Below are positions 52,152 to 64,000 of a DNA stretch of 64,000 nt, piece after piece (the stretch's first letter is position 1; each line of letters begins with the position of its first letter). The stretch comes from Octopus sinensis (taxonomy: Eukaryota). Where the stretch lies: NCBI RefSeq assembly GCF_006345805.1, contig NW_021830452.1:1-64000 (forward strand). Reading direction: 5' to 3'. The translations under genes and the position numbers were made by a program. The notes under the pieces were generated by a model, which had not been told where the DNA came from, did not search any database, and saw only the letters and a program-made list of their open reading frames with translations.

Positions 52152-53362
52152 CGCTTGTACTAAATTCCTTACAAGACAAATTCTTGATTTATCAAAATAA
52201 TCATCGCTTCAACTGAGAGTAAACCACCCCGGAATGATTCTGTGGTTCAGAGGAAGTCCCTGCTAACCTTCCGTCTGCATGTAATTTTTCATCTGCACTC
52301 ATCCACATTGACTTCTGCTTCATTGGTAATTTTGAGGCGCAATGACCACATCCCATGCACCTCATTGTGATGCTTGTAGATTACTGACCCCTCCGTCAAA
52401 ATATGAGTCTATGACCAAATGCATGAGAAACAGATTCAGCTTATCGCTTCATAAAATCTTTTGCAGTCGGTGCTGACCCCTTCGTTCCTGTCACAAAACA
52501 GCTGTTCCTTTAAATTTAGTAATTTATAATTTTTTTCTTTTTAGGCGGGGATGCATTCAACGCCCGTCCACTGTTTGAAAGGTAGAAGTAGGTCACGTTT
52601 CTCTGTACCAGTTCTTGGATAAATTCCTCACTCAATCAAACAGATTAGGGACACACAACCACCATGTCTCTCCCTGAACTTGTTCCATGAACAAAACTTG
52701 CTTGCCACTAGGAACGTTAGAAAAACTGATTCCATTGCTATTGACGCCATTTACAATATTTTCCTTTGAAAAATATGAGCGTGAGTATTGATGTTGTTGT
52801 TGTTGCTACTGCCAAGCAAATCGCTACTATTGTTCACGATAGTGCCATTGTCCATTGAAATGTCATTATTTTTCTATCAATGTGTGTGTGTGAGTGTGTG
52901 TATGTGTGTGTGTGTTCGTGCGTGCGATTCCTGGTATAAAATATTATTGTTCGTTATTTTTGTATCATGTTTATTTTCTATGTAGTTGTCTTTTATTTTC
53001 AATATATTCTTTGAGGGGGACGTTGTTTCTGTCTCGGAGTCATTTTTAGCATTTGAGCGAATGCAAAGACAAAAAAAAAAAAAAGAAAGAAAGAAAAAAA
53101 AAGCAACGAGAGGAAACAAGAGGATATCTTCAAAATGTCTGTTTTCTCAAACAGAAGCAAAAACAACTAAAAGAAAACTCTCACCTTTTTTCATGTGAAC
53201 TGTCTACGACATACAATACAGAGACATTCAATTTGGAGGGGAAATATCTACAAACTTTAAGTCAGAATAGAAGCGATATATAAACAATTAATGCCGAAGA
53301 AGATTAATAATAATAGTAATAATAATAATAATGATAATAATAATAATAATAATAATAATATG

Positions 53363-53440
<78 letters not shown>

Positions 53441-53443
<3 letters not shown>

Positions 53444-53995
53444 GCCCTGATGCAGTACCAGGCAGTGGCTCTCATGGCTTCTGATCTTAACTGATAGGAA
53501 GTGTTATCATGTACATTGTTTTGTCTTGGTATAAAAGATGGGCTACAGCAAATATTCTGCTCAATACCACAGATTTGCTTGTCAGTTGTTTGACCTTAAC
53601 CAGTTGAGCATGTCCCTTAGTGGCTGACGATATGTGCATCTCTGATCACGAGCAGAAGTAGTGGGGGAGCATCATAGCCATGTGTTGAGAGGGATTCTTT
53701 GGGTTTGAATAGTTCACCTCTGGAAACATGGGTGGTTCTTTCAACATCCTTAAACAACCTTATTCAGGGACCGTTTGAGCGGGATGGGCTACTCAACCTG
53801 AAGAAAATTCTAACTGGGCCCCACCTGCAAGGTCATGTGCTGTTTATCTTGATATGAGATCACCATGTCGCGCACATATGGTTGTGATGCATGTGCCTGG
53901 TGTACCTTTATCAGACCGGTAGTCATGATGGGTATATTGGGCTTCGTATATTTTACCCCAGTGTCACTTTGATGGCATGAACTGCTCTCTCACTC
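53441..53995 (+). mobile_element. unclassified (AAT)n-embedded non-coding element, copy 3 (longest, 555 bp)
   Basis: Same 3' end ctctctcactc(aat)n as copies 1 and 2, plus about 70 bp extra at the 5' end; (AAT)n on both sides. Confidence 0.85.
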
Positions 53996-54029
53996 AATAA
54001 TAATAATAATATAATAATAATAATAATAA

Positions 54030-54064
<35 letters not shown>

Positions 54065-54065
<1 letters not shown>

Positions 54066-54425
54066 CCTTTCTATTATAGGCACAAGGCCTGAAATTTTGG
54101 CTGAGGGAGCCAGTCGATTAGATCGACCCCATTACGCATCCGGTACTTAATTTATCGGCCCCGAAAGGATGAAAGACAAAGTCGAAATACCTATTTCTTT
54201 ACTACCTACAAGAAACTAAACACAGAGAGGACAAACAAGGACAGACGAACGGTTTAAGTCGATTATATCGACCCCAGTGCGTAACTGGTACCTATTTAAT
54301 CGACCCCGAAAGGATGAAAGGTAAAGTCGACCTCGGCGGAATTTGAACTAAGAACGTAGAGGCAGACGAAATACGGCTAAGCATTTCGCCCGGCGTGCCA
54401 ACGATTCTGACAGCTCTCTGCCTTA
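54065..54425 (-). mobile_element. family A SINE dimer (head + module + internally deleted tail-2 unit)
   Basis: Same aagaaata|ggtatt junction as 40500-40888; a further monomer follows at about 54470-54650. Confidence 0.85.
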
Positions 54426-54649
54426 ATAATAGTAGTAATAGTAATGATGATGATGATGATGATGATTTCAAATTTTGATACAAAGCCAGCAGTTTCAGGG
54501 GAAAAGGTCAGTCTTTGACCCCAGTGCTCAACTGGTACTTGTTTTACCAACCCTGAAAGGATGAAAGGCAAAGTCGACACCGGCAGAATGTGAACTCAGA
54601 ACGTAAAGTCGAACGAAATGCCGCTAAGCAATTTTCCCGGTGATGTAAC

Positions 54650-55298
54650 GATTCAGCGCATTGATGACAACAGGGAGATGGTAGAGCTCATTACCCCCAA
54701 TACAAGAGCATTTGAGTCTCTGGTGACATGTGAGAAAAGCTGGATCGACTGTTATCCAGATATCAGGAGACAGTGACCAATGAAAGCATTCTGGCTCCAC
54801 CGGACTCAAGAGGGCCAAGCAAAGCCAGTCCACCGGAAAGCTTATGAAGATCTCCTTCTTCGAAAGAGGATCAACAAAGAGTATCTTTTGTTGGTTTGAG
54901 AGAGCTCGGGAAAATATTTCATTGCAAAAGGACAAAACGCTTCCACATGGGTCGGTGGAACCTGCACCGGACAATGAATCAGTCCACAATTCCATCCTGG
55001 TAACCGGCTACTTGGCAGAGACAGGAGTCAAACTATTCTCCGCACTCCGTACAGTCCAGACCTAGCTTGCTGTGTCTTTTGGTTGTCCCCCAAGCTCAAG
55101 GAGAGCCTCAGGGGCAGTTGTTTTGAAGACATTGAGGTTATAACAAAGGCCCTGGACACTTTCCACGAGGCCTACACGAAGTGGCTGCAGTACTACAGGT
55201 GCATCGAAATCTTTGAAGTGGGGTTAGTGTTTTGTACTTCTTAGAAATTAATAGATGTCTTTCCTGAATAAGTCTCAAAACTTCAAGAATGCACCTTA
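54650..55298 (+). pseudogene. mariner transposase relic, 3' two-thirds with right end
   Basis: LVTCEKSWI (LVT.DESW), HSGSTGLKRAKQSQSTGKLMKISFF, DNESVHNSILVT.YL and PYSPDLACCVFWLSPKLKESLRG; ends gcacct-TA. Confidence 0.85.
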
Positions 55299-55348
55299 CA
55301 TTTATCAGTTATATCTTATGTAATCAGACGTAGCATACATACATACAT

Positions 55349-55878
55349 TATGGCTGCCCCCTCGTTATCGAGTATGGCCATTGCACGAAGCTTAACTGTT
55401 ATTGGTGCTGTGATCGAATGTAACTTTTTAGCCCAGCTAAAGATCTACAATGTCTTGTACAGAATTGGCAGCTAAAACCTTTACCGGCAATAGCCGGCTG
55501 TAGTTGTAACTGGGCTTCATGTACCTTTGCATGTCGTTTAAGTATTCCCGCCGAATTACACTCACTCTCTTCCACATGCCTGACAGATATGATTAGTATG
55601 TTGTGTTGCACTACCACCAGTGGCTAGGTTGTCACTCATATGTCTCGCTTTATGACTACGAAGATGACTCTTGAGTACAGCTTTACTGAGGCAGGGTCTT
55701 GCACAGACACTGCATGTTAGCATCAAAGGAAGACCCTTCCCATCTGGAAGTGTAACAGCGATGCCCTTCCTGACATCCCTCCTTACTTTCTCATGTGCAA
55801 CTCGAGATTTCTCAAAGGTGTCTGTCACCTCGTGCACAATCCTTCTCCGCCTGCTACGATCAATAGCTATGCCTTCCC
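55349..55878 (-). mobile_element. RTE-type LINE 3' end encoding three C2H2-like zinc fingers
   Basis: WEGIAIDRSRRRRIV..FE..R..RK, then CSVCARPCLSKAVLKSHLRSH, CQACGRE/CNSAGILKRHAKVH and CQFCTRHCRSLAGLKSYIRS; (TATG)n at both ends. Confidence 0.8.
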
Positions 55879-56090
55879 ATACATACATACATACATACAT
55901 ACATACATACATACATACATACATACACACATACACACATACATACATACATAAATGCATACATACATATACACACACATGTATGCATGTATGCATGTAT
56001 TTCTGTCTGTCTCAGTGCGTGACTGCTTGTCTGTTTGTCTGTCTCCCTCTCTCTCTTTCTCTTTCATTCTCTGTCTCCCTTATCTATCTA

Positions 56091-56173
<83 letters not shown>

Positions 56174-56922
56174 GTCTATCATTTCCATTATGTAATCATT
56201 TATCATGTGTGTAATCAAGACTATCTGTCAAAAGCGGATTAGATGCATACTAGTGAGCTGAAAAGAAGGTGGTGACCTTTGTGCATTTCTCAAGAGCATC
56301 AGGGATGGAGATAGGGTAGTATCTCCAACCGGCCGGAAATGAAATCCGAGCAGCAGACTTGGCTTGGCTGCCTGTAGCTGACTTCCTCGATGGATGGACG
56401 GACGGCGACTGCATTGTGGAACGATAAAACAATATCAAAACGATCGGAGACAGATAGGTAGATAATGAGAGAAAGAGGGGGGAGAGAGATGGAGAGGGAA
56501 GGAAAGGAACAGAGAGAGAAAGAGAGAGAGGGAGAGAGAGAGAGAGAAGGAGGGAGACGAGCAGAATGAGAGAGAAAGAGAGAGAGTTGAAATAAGAGGT
56601 GAGTAAGATAGAATATGTCAAGATATGATGTATGTTTTGTTGACATGTTTGGTAAATGTTAGTTGCTGTTCGGTAAGAACATGTCAACTGATATTTTAGA
56701 GGAATCTCTCTTAATTAACCGGAAGTTGTCCTTCCATTTATAGGAAGCCATCTTCTTCGAGATTGGAATGGTAAGGTTACTAAGTCTCAATATGTCTGAC
56801 ATATGTTTGTAGATGCTCAATATTATAGACACGTACGTATGCATTATACGTATGTATATGTATAGATGCACATATACATATGTATGTGCATGTATATGCA
56901 TGTGTACATGTATATATATATA

Positions 56923-56961
<39 letters not shown>

Positions 56962-57067
56962 CTATGTTTGTATGTATGTATATATTGTATGTATATATGA
57001 ACGTATGTGTGCACGAATGTATAAATGCAAGTATATATCTATAAATATCTGTGTTATGTACGAATGC

Positions 57068-57127
<60 letters not shown>

Positions 57128-57557
57128 TGTGTGTGTGTGTGTGTGTGTGTGTGTATGATGTGTGTGTGTTCTAAATGGTCAGTAATGATCTTCGGTCACG
57201 AGTTGACAGCACATATATTTACATGCATATATGTATGTAAATATATGTACAAGTGTGATCTGTATAATTATAAGCAAAGTTTTGTGCAGTTCAGTGTATT
57301 AACGCAAATTCTCCGCATACAAACAAATATAGGCACTCGCGTGCGCGCCCGCACATGTGATAACACACATACTACCATAAATATGTATTTAACTCATAAA
57401 CGCAATTTAACTTACAAACATACAACATACAAACGTAAGAAATATAAGGTATATATATATAATAATTATTGAGGGAATACTAATCCTAACTTACAGGGAA
57501 AAATTCAATTTAGAAATACTAAATCAAATTTCATACAATATAATATATATATATATA

Positions 57558-57600
<43 letters not shown>

Positions 57601-57855
57601 AAGAAATATTAATATGGCGATAACTATTAATATATATATATAGATATATGTAAATTAGAAAAAAACACCTTTTATCAATTCAAAATGAACAATTAAATTA
57701 CACCATCTAGAAAATTACATATAATAGAAATATTAAAATTAAATAACAATAATATACCGATGATTAAGTAAATTGCAAAAAAGTAATAAAAACGTATATA
57801 ATCGGTTTATATATTGGTATATAATTGGTATATATATATATATACATATATATAA

Positions 57856-57932
<77 letters not shown>

Positions 57933-57934
<2 letters not shown>

Positions 57935-59560
57935 CCGCCAACTCAATGACACCTCCTTCTATTCTCCTCTGCCCTCTAACCCCACACGTAGCTACCAACA
58001 GACGGTATCCTCTACTGTCCAAGACCTCATCTCGTCCTCCCGTCTCCCCCGCACCGCATCCAACCTAATTGTGCGAACCCCACGTACCCCCACCATTTAC
58101 TTCTCTCCCCCAAATCCCCAAAACCCACAACCTGGCCGCCCCATCGTCTCCGCCTGTAACCGCCCCACGGAGCTCATCTCTAAATACCTCGACCGTGTCC
58201 TTGCCCCCCTAGTGGCATCTCTTCCTCCCACATCCACGATACCAACCATGCTCTCCGGCTTTTCAACTCTTTCTCCTTTCCTCCCGGCTCCTCCAAAATC
58301 CTTTTTACTATGGACATCCAAAGCCTCTATACTGTTATCCCTCACCACGAAAGACTGCAGGCCCTTCGACACTTTCTTGACCTCCGCTCTAACCTTGTAC
58401 CTGACACCTCCACACTCATTCGTCTGGGGAGTGGCCATGGGAACGCGAATGGGCCCCAACTATGCGAATCTGTTCGTTGGCTATGTTGAGGCCCAAATAT
58501 TCTCTAATTTCACTGGTCCCACTCCTGAACTATATGGTCGTTACATTGACGACATTATCGGTGCCACCTCACTCTCCCGCGAACATCTAGATTCCTTCCT
58601 CTCTTTCGTCCAATCTTTCCATCCAGCCCTCCACTTCACTTCCACTATCTCCAACACCTCTGTCTCCTTCCTCGACATTTCGGTTAGCATTCTTCACTCC
58701 ACTCTTACCACCTCCATTCACTACAAACACACAGACTCACACTCATACCTCAACTTCTCTTCCTCCCACCCAGAACACACCAAGCTTCCATCCCCTATTC
58801 CCAATTCCTCCGTCTACGTAGGCTCTGTAGTGACGACCATGACTTTGAGACTCAGTCTCAACGTATGGCTCACCACTTCACCCTACGTGGATACCCCCTC
58901 ACCACTATCCACACCGCCCTTCCAGAGCACGGTCCGTGGACCGTGTATTTGCTCTCTCTCCCCGAACCCGCCCTGTAGTCTCCCGCCTCCATTTTCCCCT
59001 CACTTACCACCCCACGACCCTACGTCTCCAACGCACCATTCTTCGAGCTTTCCGTCATCTCCAGTCCAACCGTCCACTTCACACCTCTTCCCTAACCGAC
59101 CCCTCCCCTCTTTCAAACGAGCCCACAACCTTCGAGACCTTTTGGTCCATAGCTCCTTCCCTGACCCTACCTCCCAACCCGGCTCGTTCCCCTGCTCCCG
59201 CCCACGTTGCCGCACTGCCCTTACCTCTCCAACACCACCCGCCTCACTAGCACCCACCATCGACCCCATCCCATCATCCACTCCTTCACCTGCACCTCCA
59301 GCAATATTATCTATTGCATCTCTTGCTCTCTCTGCAATTCCTTGTACATCGGACAAACGGGACGCCGCTTGGCTGACCGGTTCGCGAACACCTTCGTGAC
59401 ATCCACCTGCGAACGACACACCGGTCTACGCCATTTCCGCTCCACCGGTCACTCCTTGCAACACTATCTGTGTTCGGTTTGTCCTTACACAGAGGCCATC
59501 GGATTCCCGTTTGCGCCGTGAACAGGAATTAATCTTCTCTCTTCGCTTTATACGCCATTT
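57933..59560 (+). pseudogene. PLE polyprotein relic: reverse transcriptase + GIY-YIG endonuclease
   Basis: PGRPIVS, TMDIQSLYT, GVAMGTRMGPNYANLF, RYIDD (58542), SFLDI, CSRPRCRTC linker and IIYCISCSLCNSLYIGQTGR (59305-59360). Several frameshifts and an internal deletion before GVAMG. Confidence 0.92.
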
Positions 59561-60244
59561 GGTCTCAACTCTCCCCCCTCCTCATCTAACCCCCCTCTCC
59601 CCATCCTCACCTATCCCCCCCCCTGACCCCTACTTCTTCAGTCCTTCATCCTTTCACCCCTACTCCCCTCCTTCTTCCCTCTTTCCTCTCCCTCCTTCCC
59701 TCTTCCTCTGCTCCCTCACTCCCCTTCTCCCCCCTCCCCTTCTTCCCCCCTCCTCTCCCCTCTATCCCCCCTTCTCCCCCCTCTTCTTCCCCCCTTCCCC
59801 CCTCTTCTCCTCACTACACCACACGACTTTACACATCACATCATATATGATGTGCCATACTAATACATACACCAACTAATACATACTAATACGTACTAAA
59901 CATACTAATACATACTAAACATACACCAACCCTATACATACACACGTCCAGACCCCTCATACGCACTTATACTCTCTCATAACACACACACAACACTTAT
60001 ACATACTAATACGTACTATACATTACTAATACTACTAATACATACACCAACCCCATACATACGCCTGTCCAGACCTATCCTAGGGTCATTCAACCCTATT
60101 ATCAACCCTATTATCTCCCCTTATTTCGCTCTCGCGTCTCATGTTTGATCTTTGACCTCTGGCCGAAATCAGATCGCCATGTTGATTCGTTAGTTACTGC
60201 ACGCATTTTTTTCTCTCTTTTTCTGGTGTTTTTTCTCTCTGTGT

Positions 60245-60284
60245 ATCTTTCTGTTGAAGAGCGTAGGCTCGAAATGTTAAAGAC
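60245..60284 (+). ncRNA. degenerate minimal hammerhead motif in the PLE terminus
   Basis: tcttt-CTGTTGA-a-gagc-gtag-gctc-GAAA-tgtt-aaaga: stems I and II intact, core A6 replaced by T, stem III mutated. Confidence 0.5.
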
Positions 60285-60380
60285 TTGTTTTATTTATATT
60301 TCCTGAGCGCCATACTAATACAATTGTTTGTTTGTTTTCCACCTGCCTTCGTCTTTTGTCTATTTTCATAAAGCTTCCCG

Positions 60381-60413
<33 letters not shown>

Positions 60414-60416
60414 AAC

Positions 60417-60632
60417 TTTAGTTATTTCTCGTTGCAAATTATATATTCTATTATTATTTACAGACAACCTCCTCTTTGGGACGTAGATTTCAAAAGTGTA
60501 TTTAGGATCAAAAGGCTCTGAAACGGTGAACCCTCGGGAAATACGAATTTGACTTTTGAAATCTTCGTCCCAAAGAGAAGGTTGTCTGTAAATAATAATA
60601 GAAAATATAATTTGCAACGAGAAATAACTAAA
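60417..60632. repeat. near-perfect inverted repeat: 81-bp arms, 54-bp loop
   Basis: Arms 60417-60497 and 60552-60632 differ at 3 positions. Confidence 0.95.
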
Positions 60633-61374
60633 CTTTGAGACCGACAAATCTCCCACCCTCTATCTGTCAAACAGGTTCTCTCTCTCTCTCTCTCTTCTTA
60701 TTTCCATCTCTCTATATATTTACCACACTCTCTTTGTTATATTTACCACCCTCTCTTTGTGTATATACTACCTCTCACGTATGTTACTCCCCATCTCTCT
60801 CCCCTCCTCTCTCTCTCCATATGATATGCAATTTGCTTTCATCTTCTTTAAAACTTCGTCGTCTAATATTTACTTTCATTTTATGATACAGCTATTAAAC
60901 ACAAATTCTGTTTTCTTTCTAGGTAAAAATGCCCAAAATTTAAACATCTGTAACATTTTTCTAAATTTATTTTTGGAAAGAATGAATCACAAAATCGGAT
61001 TTAGCGCGAAAATGTGCATCAATAAACCAAATTTGAAAATTTTCACTTAATCTGAAAATTTCAAAATCTGTTCCTGGAACGGAAAAGATCTCCCCATCTA
61101 TTTATCTATATATTTATCTCTTTAATTTCCGATTTTCTCATCGTGAACTTCCTCCATCTATATATATATATATATTTATCACACTGTCTCACTCTAAACA
61201 TGTTCATTGCTTACGCTGTGTGAGAGAGAGAGAGAGGGAGAGAGAGAGTGTGACTATGTGAGAGAGAGAGTGTGTGTGTGAGGGTGTGTGTATGCATGTG
61301 AAGCACGTCATATATATACATATATATGCACGGTGCTATCTATCTATCTATCAGATCTCACTATCGCATCAATC

Positions 61375-61412
61375 TATCACACCTATCTATATGTAATAGA
61401 TGTGATTGAAGT

Positions 61413-61487
<75 letters not shown>

Positions 61488-61900
61488 GTGATGGATAGAT
61501 AGATGTGATAGATGCACTTCACAACCAGTGTTGGCTTGTTTATATTCCTGTAACGTAACAGTTCGGCAATAAGCGTGCGATAGAAAAAGTACAAAATTTA
61601 AAAGTACTAAGGTCGAATTGTTTAACGAAATACTTCAAGTTGATGTTCTATCATGGCCGCAGTCTTGTGACAGAAAGAACCAAAAACGTTAAAAGATATA
61701 TTCGTGTCTGTGCGTGTGTATATGTGTGTATGCATGTGCTTGCTTGTGTGTATATTTTTCTTGTATGTTTTATTTGTCATCAGATTGCGGCCATGCTGGG
61801 GCATAGCCTTGAAGGGTTATAGTCGAACAAATTGACTCCAGTATATATTTTCTGAACTCCGGTACTCATCGGACTCTTCCACCGAATCGGGATGCAAACA
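61375..61900 (-). mobile_element. two degenerate family B SINE 3' fragments around a (GATA)n tract
   Basis: Partial reverse-complement matches to the family B 3' half. Confidence 0.6.
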
Positions 61901-62387
61901 AATCGACACCGGACGAAAAGCGATGGGGAAACAGAGAGAAAGACAAAGACACGCGTCAAGTGGCTGAGAAGCAAACTGGTTACCACAGAACCACGCCTGT
62001 GCCTTCACACAGCCATAATGTTGTAAGGAAGGAATAAATGGAATACCATCATCTCCATCCTAGGTCTAAGCATGTGTATATATATATATATATGAATAAA
62101 AAATGGAGTTAACGCAGGTGTAAACAAGTATTTTTACTTTCGACACATGTTTCGAAATTCCACTGATACTATTCAAAAGAATAGAATGCAATCTTCCTTC
62201 GGGAAAGTGAAAAAAATGAAACTCGTCATACGACATTTTAGCAAAAAATGATGGATTTGTATAGCGATAGACAGAACGCTATTATAAACAAGGAGTTACA
62301 ACACCTTTACTTGTGAGATTTTTGCTGCCCTGGTAACTATTTATTTATTTTTCCGTGTTAATTGTCAACAAGGTAAAAATACACTCA

Positions 62388-62418
<31 letters not shown>

Positions 62419-62421
62419 GCG

Positions 62422-63032
62422 ACTGTCAGTAATTGTTACTGAGAGCGCAGGGTAGCACCTACATTGCTAGAAATAAGAGTCAAAGATCCTTAGACCCTCA
62501 AAGCACATGTCTATGCACTGACAGGGGAGATAACCGCCCCACAGAAAGCGAGATCACCATACTAGTCTAGTTTCTAGTGGTGACTAGTTCATCGCTGGAT
62601 GGTTTGGCTTCACCCGACCGTCAGAATATCGCATATACCATATGAATCAATGGATGATTCAGCAAAATGGTAATGGTAAAAATATAGAAAGAACGAAGGT
62701 GACTATACGAAGTATGAACCAAAAATGAAAATTCAGTTGTCACTAATTGTCACTGAGGATGCAGGGTGGCACCTAAATTGCGGGAAATAATTCATTGATT
62801 CGTATGCTAAATACAAAATACTGACGGATTTAACCAAACCATCCAGTGATGATGCGCTTTAACTTTAAGCCAAATTACACTAGTATGGTGATCTCATTCG
62901 CTGTGGGGCAGTTATCTCCGCTGTCGCTGCACAGGCATGAGCTTTTCTGCGGCTCTAAGGGTCTTTGAGTTTTATTTCTAGCAACGTAGTTGCTACTCGG
63001 CTCCCACAGTCACAATTATTGACAACTGAATT
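62422..63032. mobile_element. inverted pair of a MITE-like element (fold-back)
   Basis: 62730-63032 has about 60-bp TIRs (aattcagttgtca... / ...tgacaactgaatt); 62422-62655 is an inverted, diverged copy of its interior and right TIR. Confidence 0.8.
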
Positions 63033-63183
63033 TTGTCCTACTTGGTTTTATACTGCGTATAGCCGCCTTTGTTATAATAGCTGTATAAATGTACACACAC
63101 ACGAGTCTGTGTGCTGTATATGTTATGTATTCAAATACACATTATGTGTGTGTATGTGTATGTGTTATGTATTAATATACATG

Positions 63184-63226
<43 letters not shown>

Positions 63227-64000
63227 ATATATTTATATATGTACATACACACAGAGATAGAGAGAGATTTATACATGAATACACACACAAGCTCATATAT
63301 ATTCACATCGAAGTATGGATTTTTTTAATATACTTAAACACATATATTTTATTGTTTATGAACACATTGAGTATGCGTATATGTGTTTACGCGTATCTGT
63401 GTATATATATATATGTATAGATACATACATACACACGCATATACATGTACAAATACATACATATATATGTATATATACATACGTACACATACATGCATAT
63501 ATATAAATACACACACGTACATATATATACATATACATATATGAATGCATAACACATACAACACACACATATATACATACATATACATTAAACACACACA
63601 TACATACACAAACATATATATACATACATGCGCTCTTACGCACATGTATATTGATATTTGCTTGTGTTTGTGTGTCTGTACAAATGTTTGGTTAAGTACA
63701 GTCGTGCGTCTAATCTTTACACCAATGTTAACATGTACGTATTGTATCCAGAAAGCTGGCCGCCAGCAACAACCAGTACATACAAAGAAGGGATTAATAA
63801 GCCGTGAAAAAAAAGTACACGAGCCTTTTAAGCTGTCCTATATTTAAACCGAACCGCATTTGATCAGAAGCGAAGTCCAACATAAAATATATATATACTT
63901 GTCTACTACTTCTCCTTGTGTTCACAGACAGGTATACACCCGTTGTGAAATCATTACGGTGTATGTTGTATCACAATCTCATACAAACACACACAAATAC

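Larger units (their letters stand above)
57933..60381 (+). mobile_element. Penelope-like element (Neptune-type), 5'-truncated, with terminal repeat
   Basis: RT plus GIY-YIG coding region, pyrimidine-rich 3' region and hammerhead-like motif; (TA)n at both ends. Confidence 0.9.

Noticed and set aside
56250-56450. GC-richer unique segment as a possible exon (includes a GGDL..FLK string)
   Set aside because: No convincing acceptor/donor pair; the kinase-like string is followed by stops.
57825-59399. 524-aa ORF as an intact gene
   Set aside because: It starts in a (TA)n tract and alternates between in-frame PLE motifs and out-of-frame text; it is a frameshifted pseudogene.

Overview
This is AT-rich, microsatellite-saturated eukaryotic DNA, not prokaryotic. 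The SINE repertoire (a tRNA-headed Nin/Deu-type SINE and a CORE-type SINE resembling the octopus OR1/OR2 families) and the repeat density point to a coleoid cephalopod, probably Octopus; this is an inference. I could not support any host protein-coding exon, tRNA, rRNA or CRISPR array. Most ORFs in the track are translated microsatellites or repeat antisense frames. The window is intergenic or deep-intronic and packed with mobile-element relics. DNA transposons: a Merlin (IS1595/ISXO2-like) transposase relic, a bounded 2.6-kb hAT with TIRs, an 8-bp TSD and a decayed transposase, a second hAT C-terminus, three Tc1/mariner relics, and several MITE/fold-back elements. Retroelements: three restriction-like-endonuclease LINE 3' ends (one R4/Dong-like), three RTE fragments (one with three C2H2 fingers), a 2.4-kb Penelope-like element (RT + GIY-YIG), hammerhead-ribozyme motifs in Penelope-type termini, and four SINE families. 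The most unusual signals are: (i) different retroelements sitting inside different microsatellites (TAA, TA, TACA), including an unclassified 490-555-bp non-coding element found three times, always inside (AAT)n; (ii) a SINE that forms fixed-junction dimers and a 183-bp-period array; (iii) several long fold-backs that could form dsRNA. No novel system is established. All assignments come from motif recognition by eye and need database confirmation.
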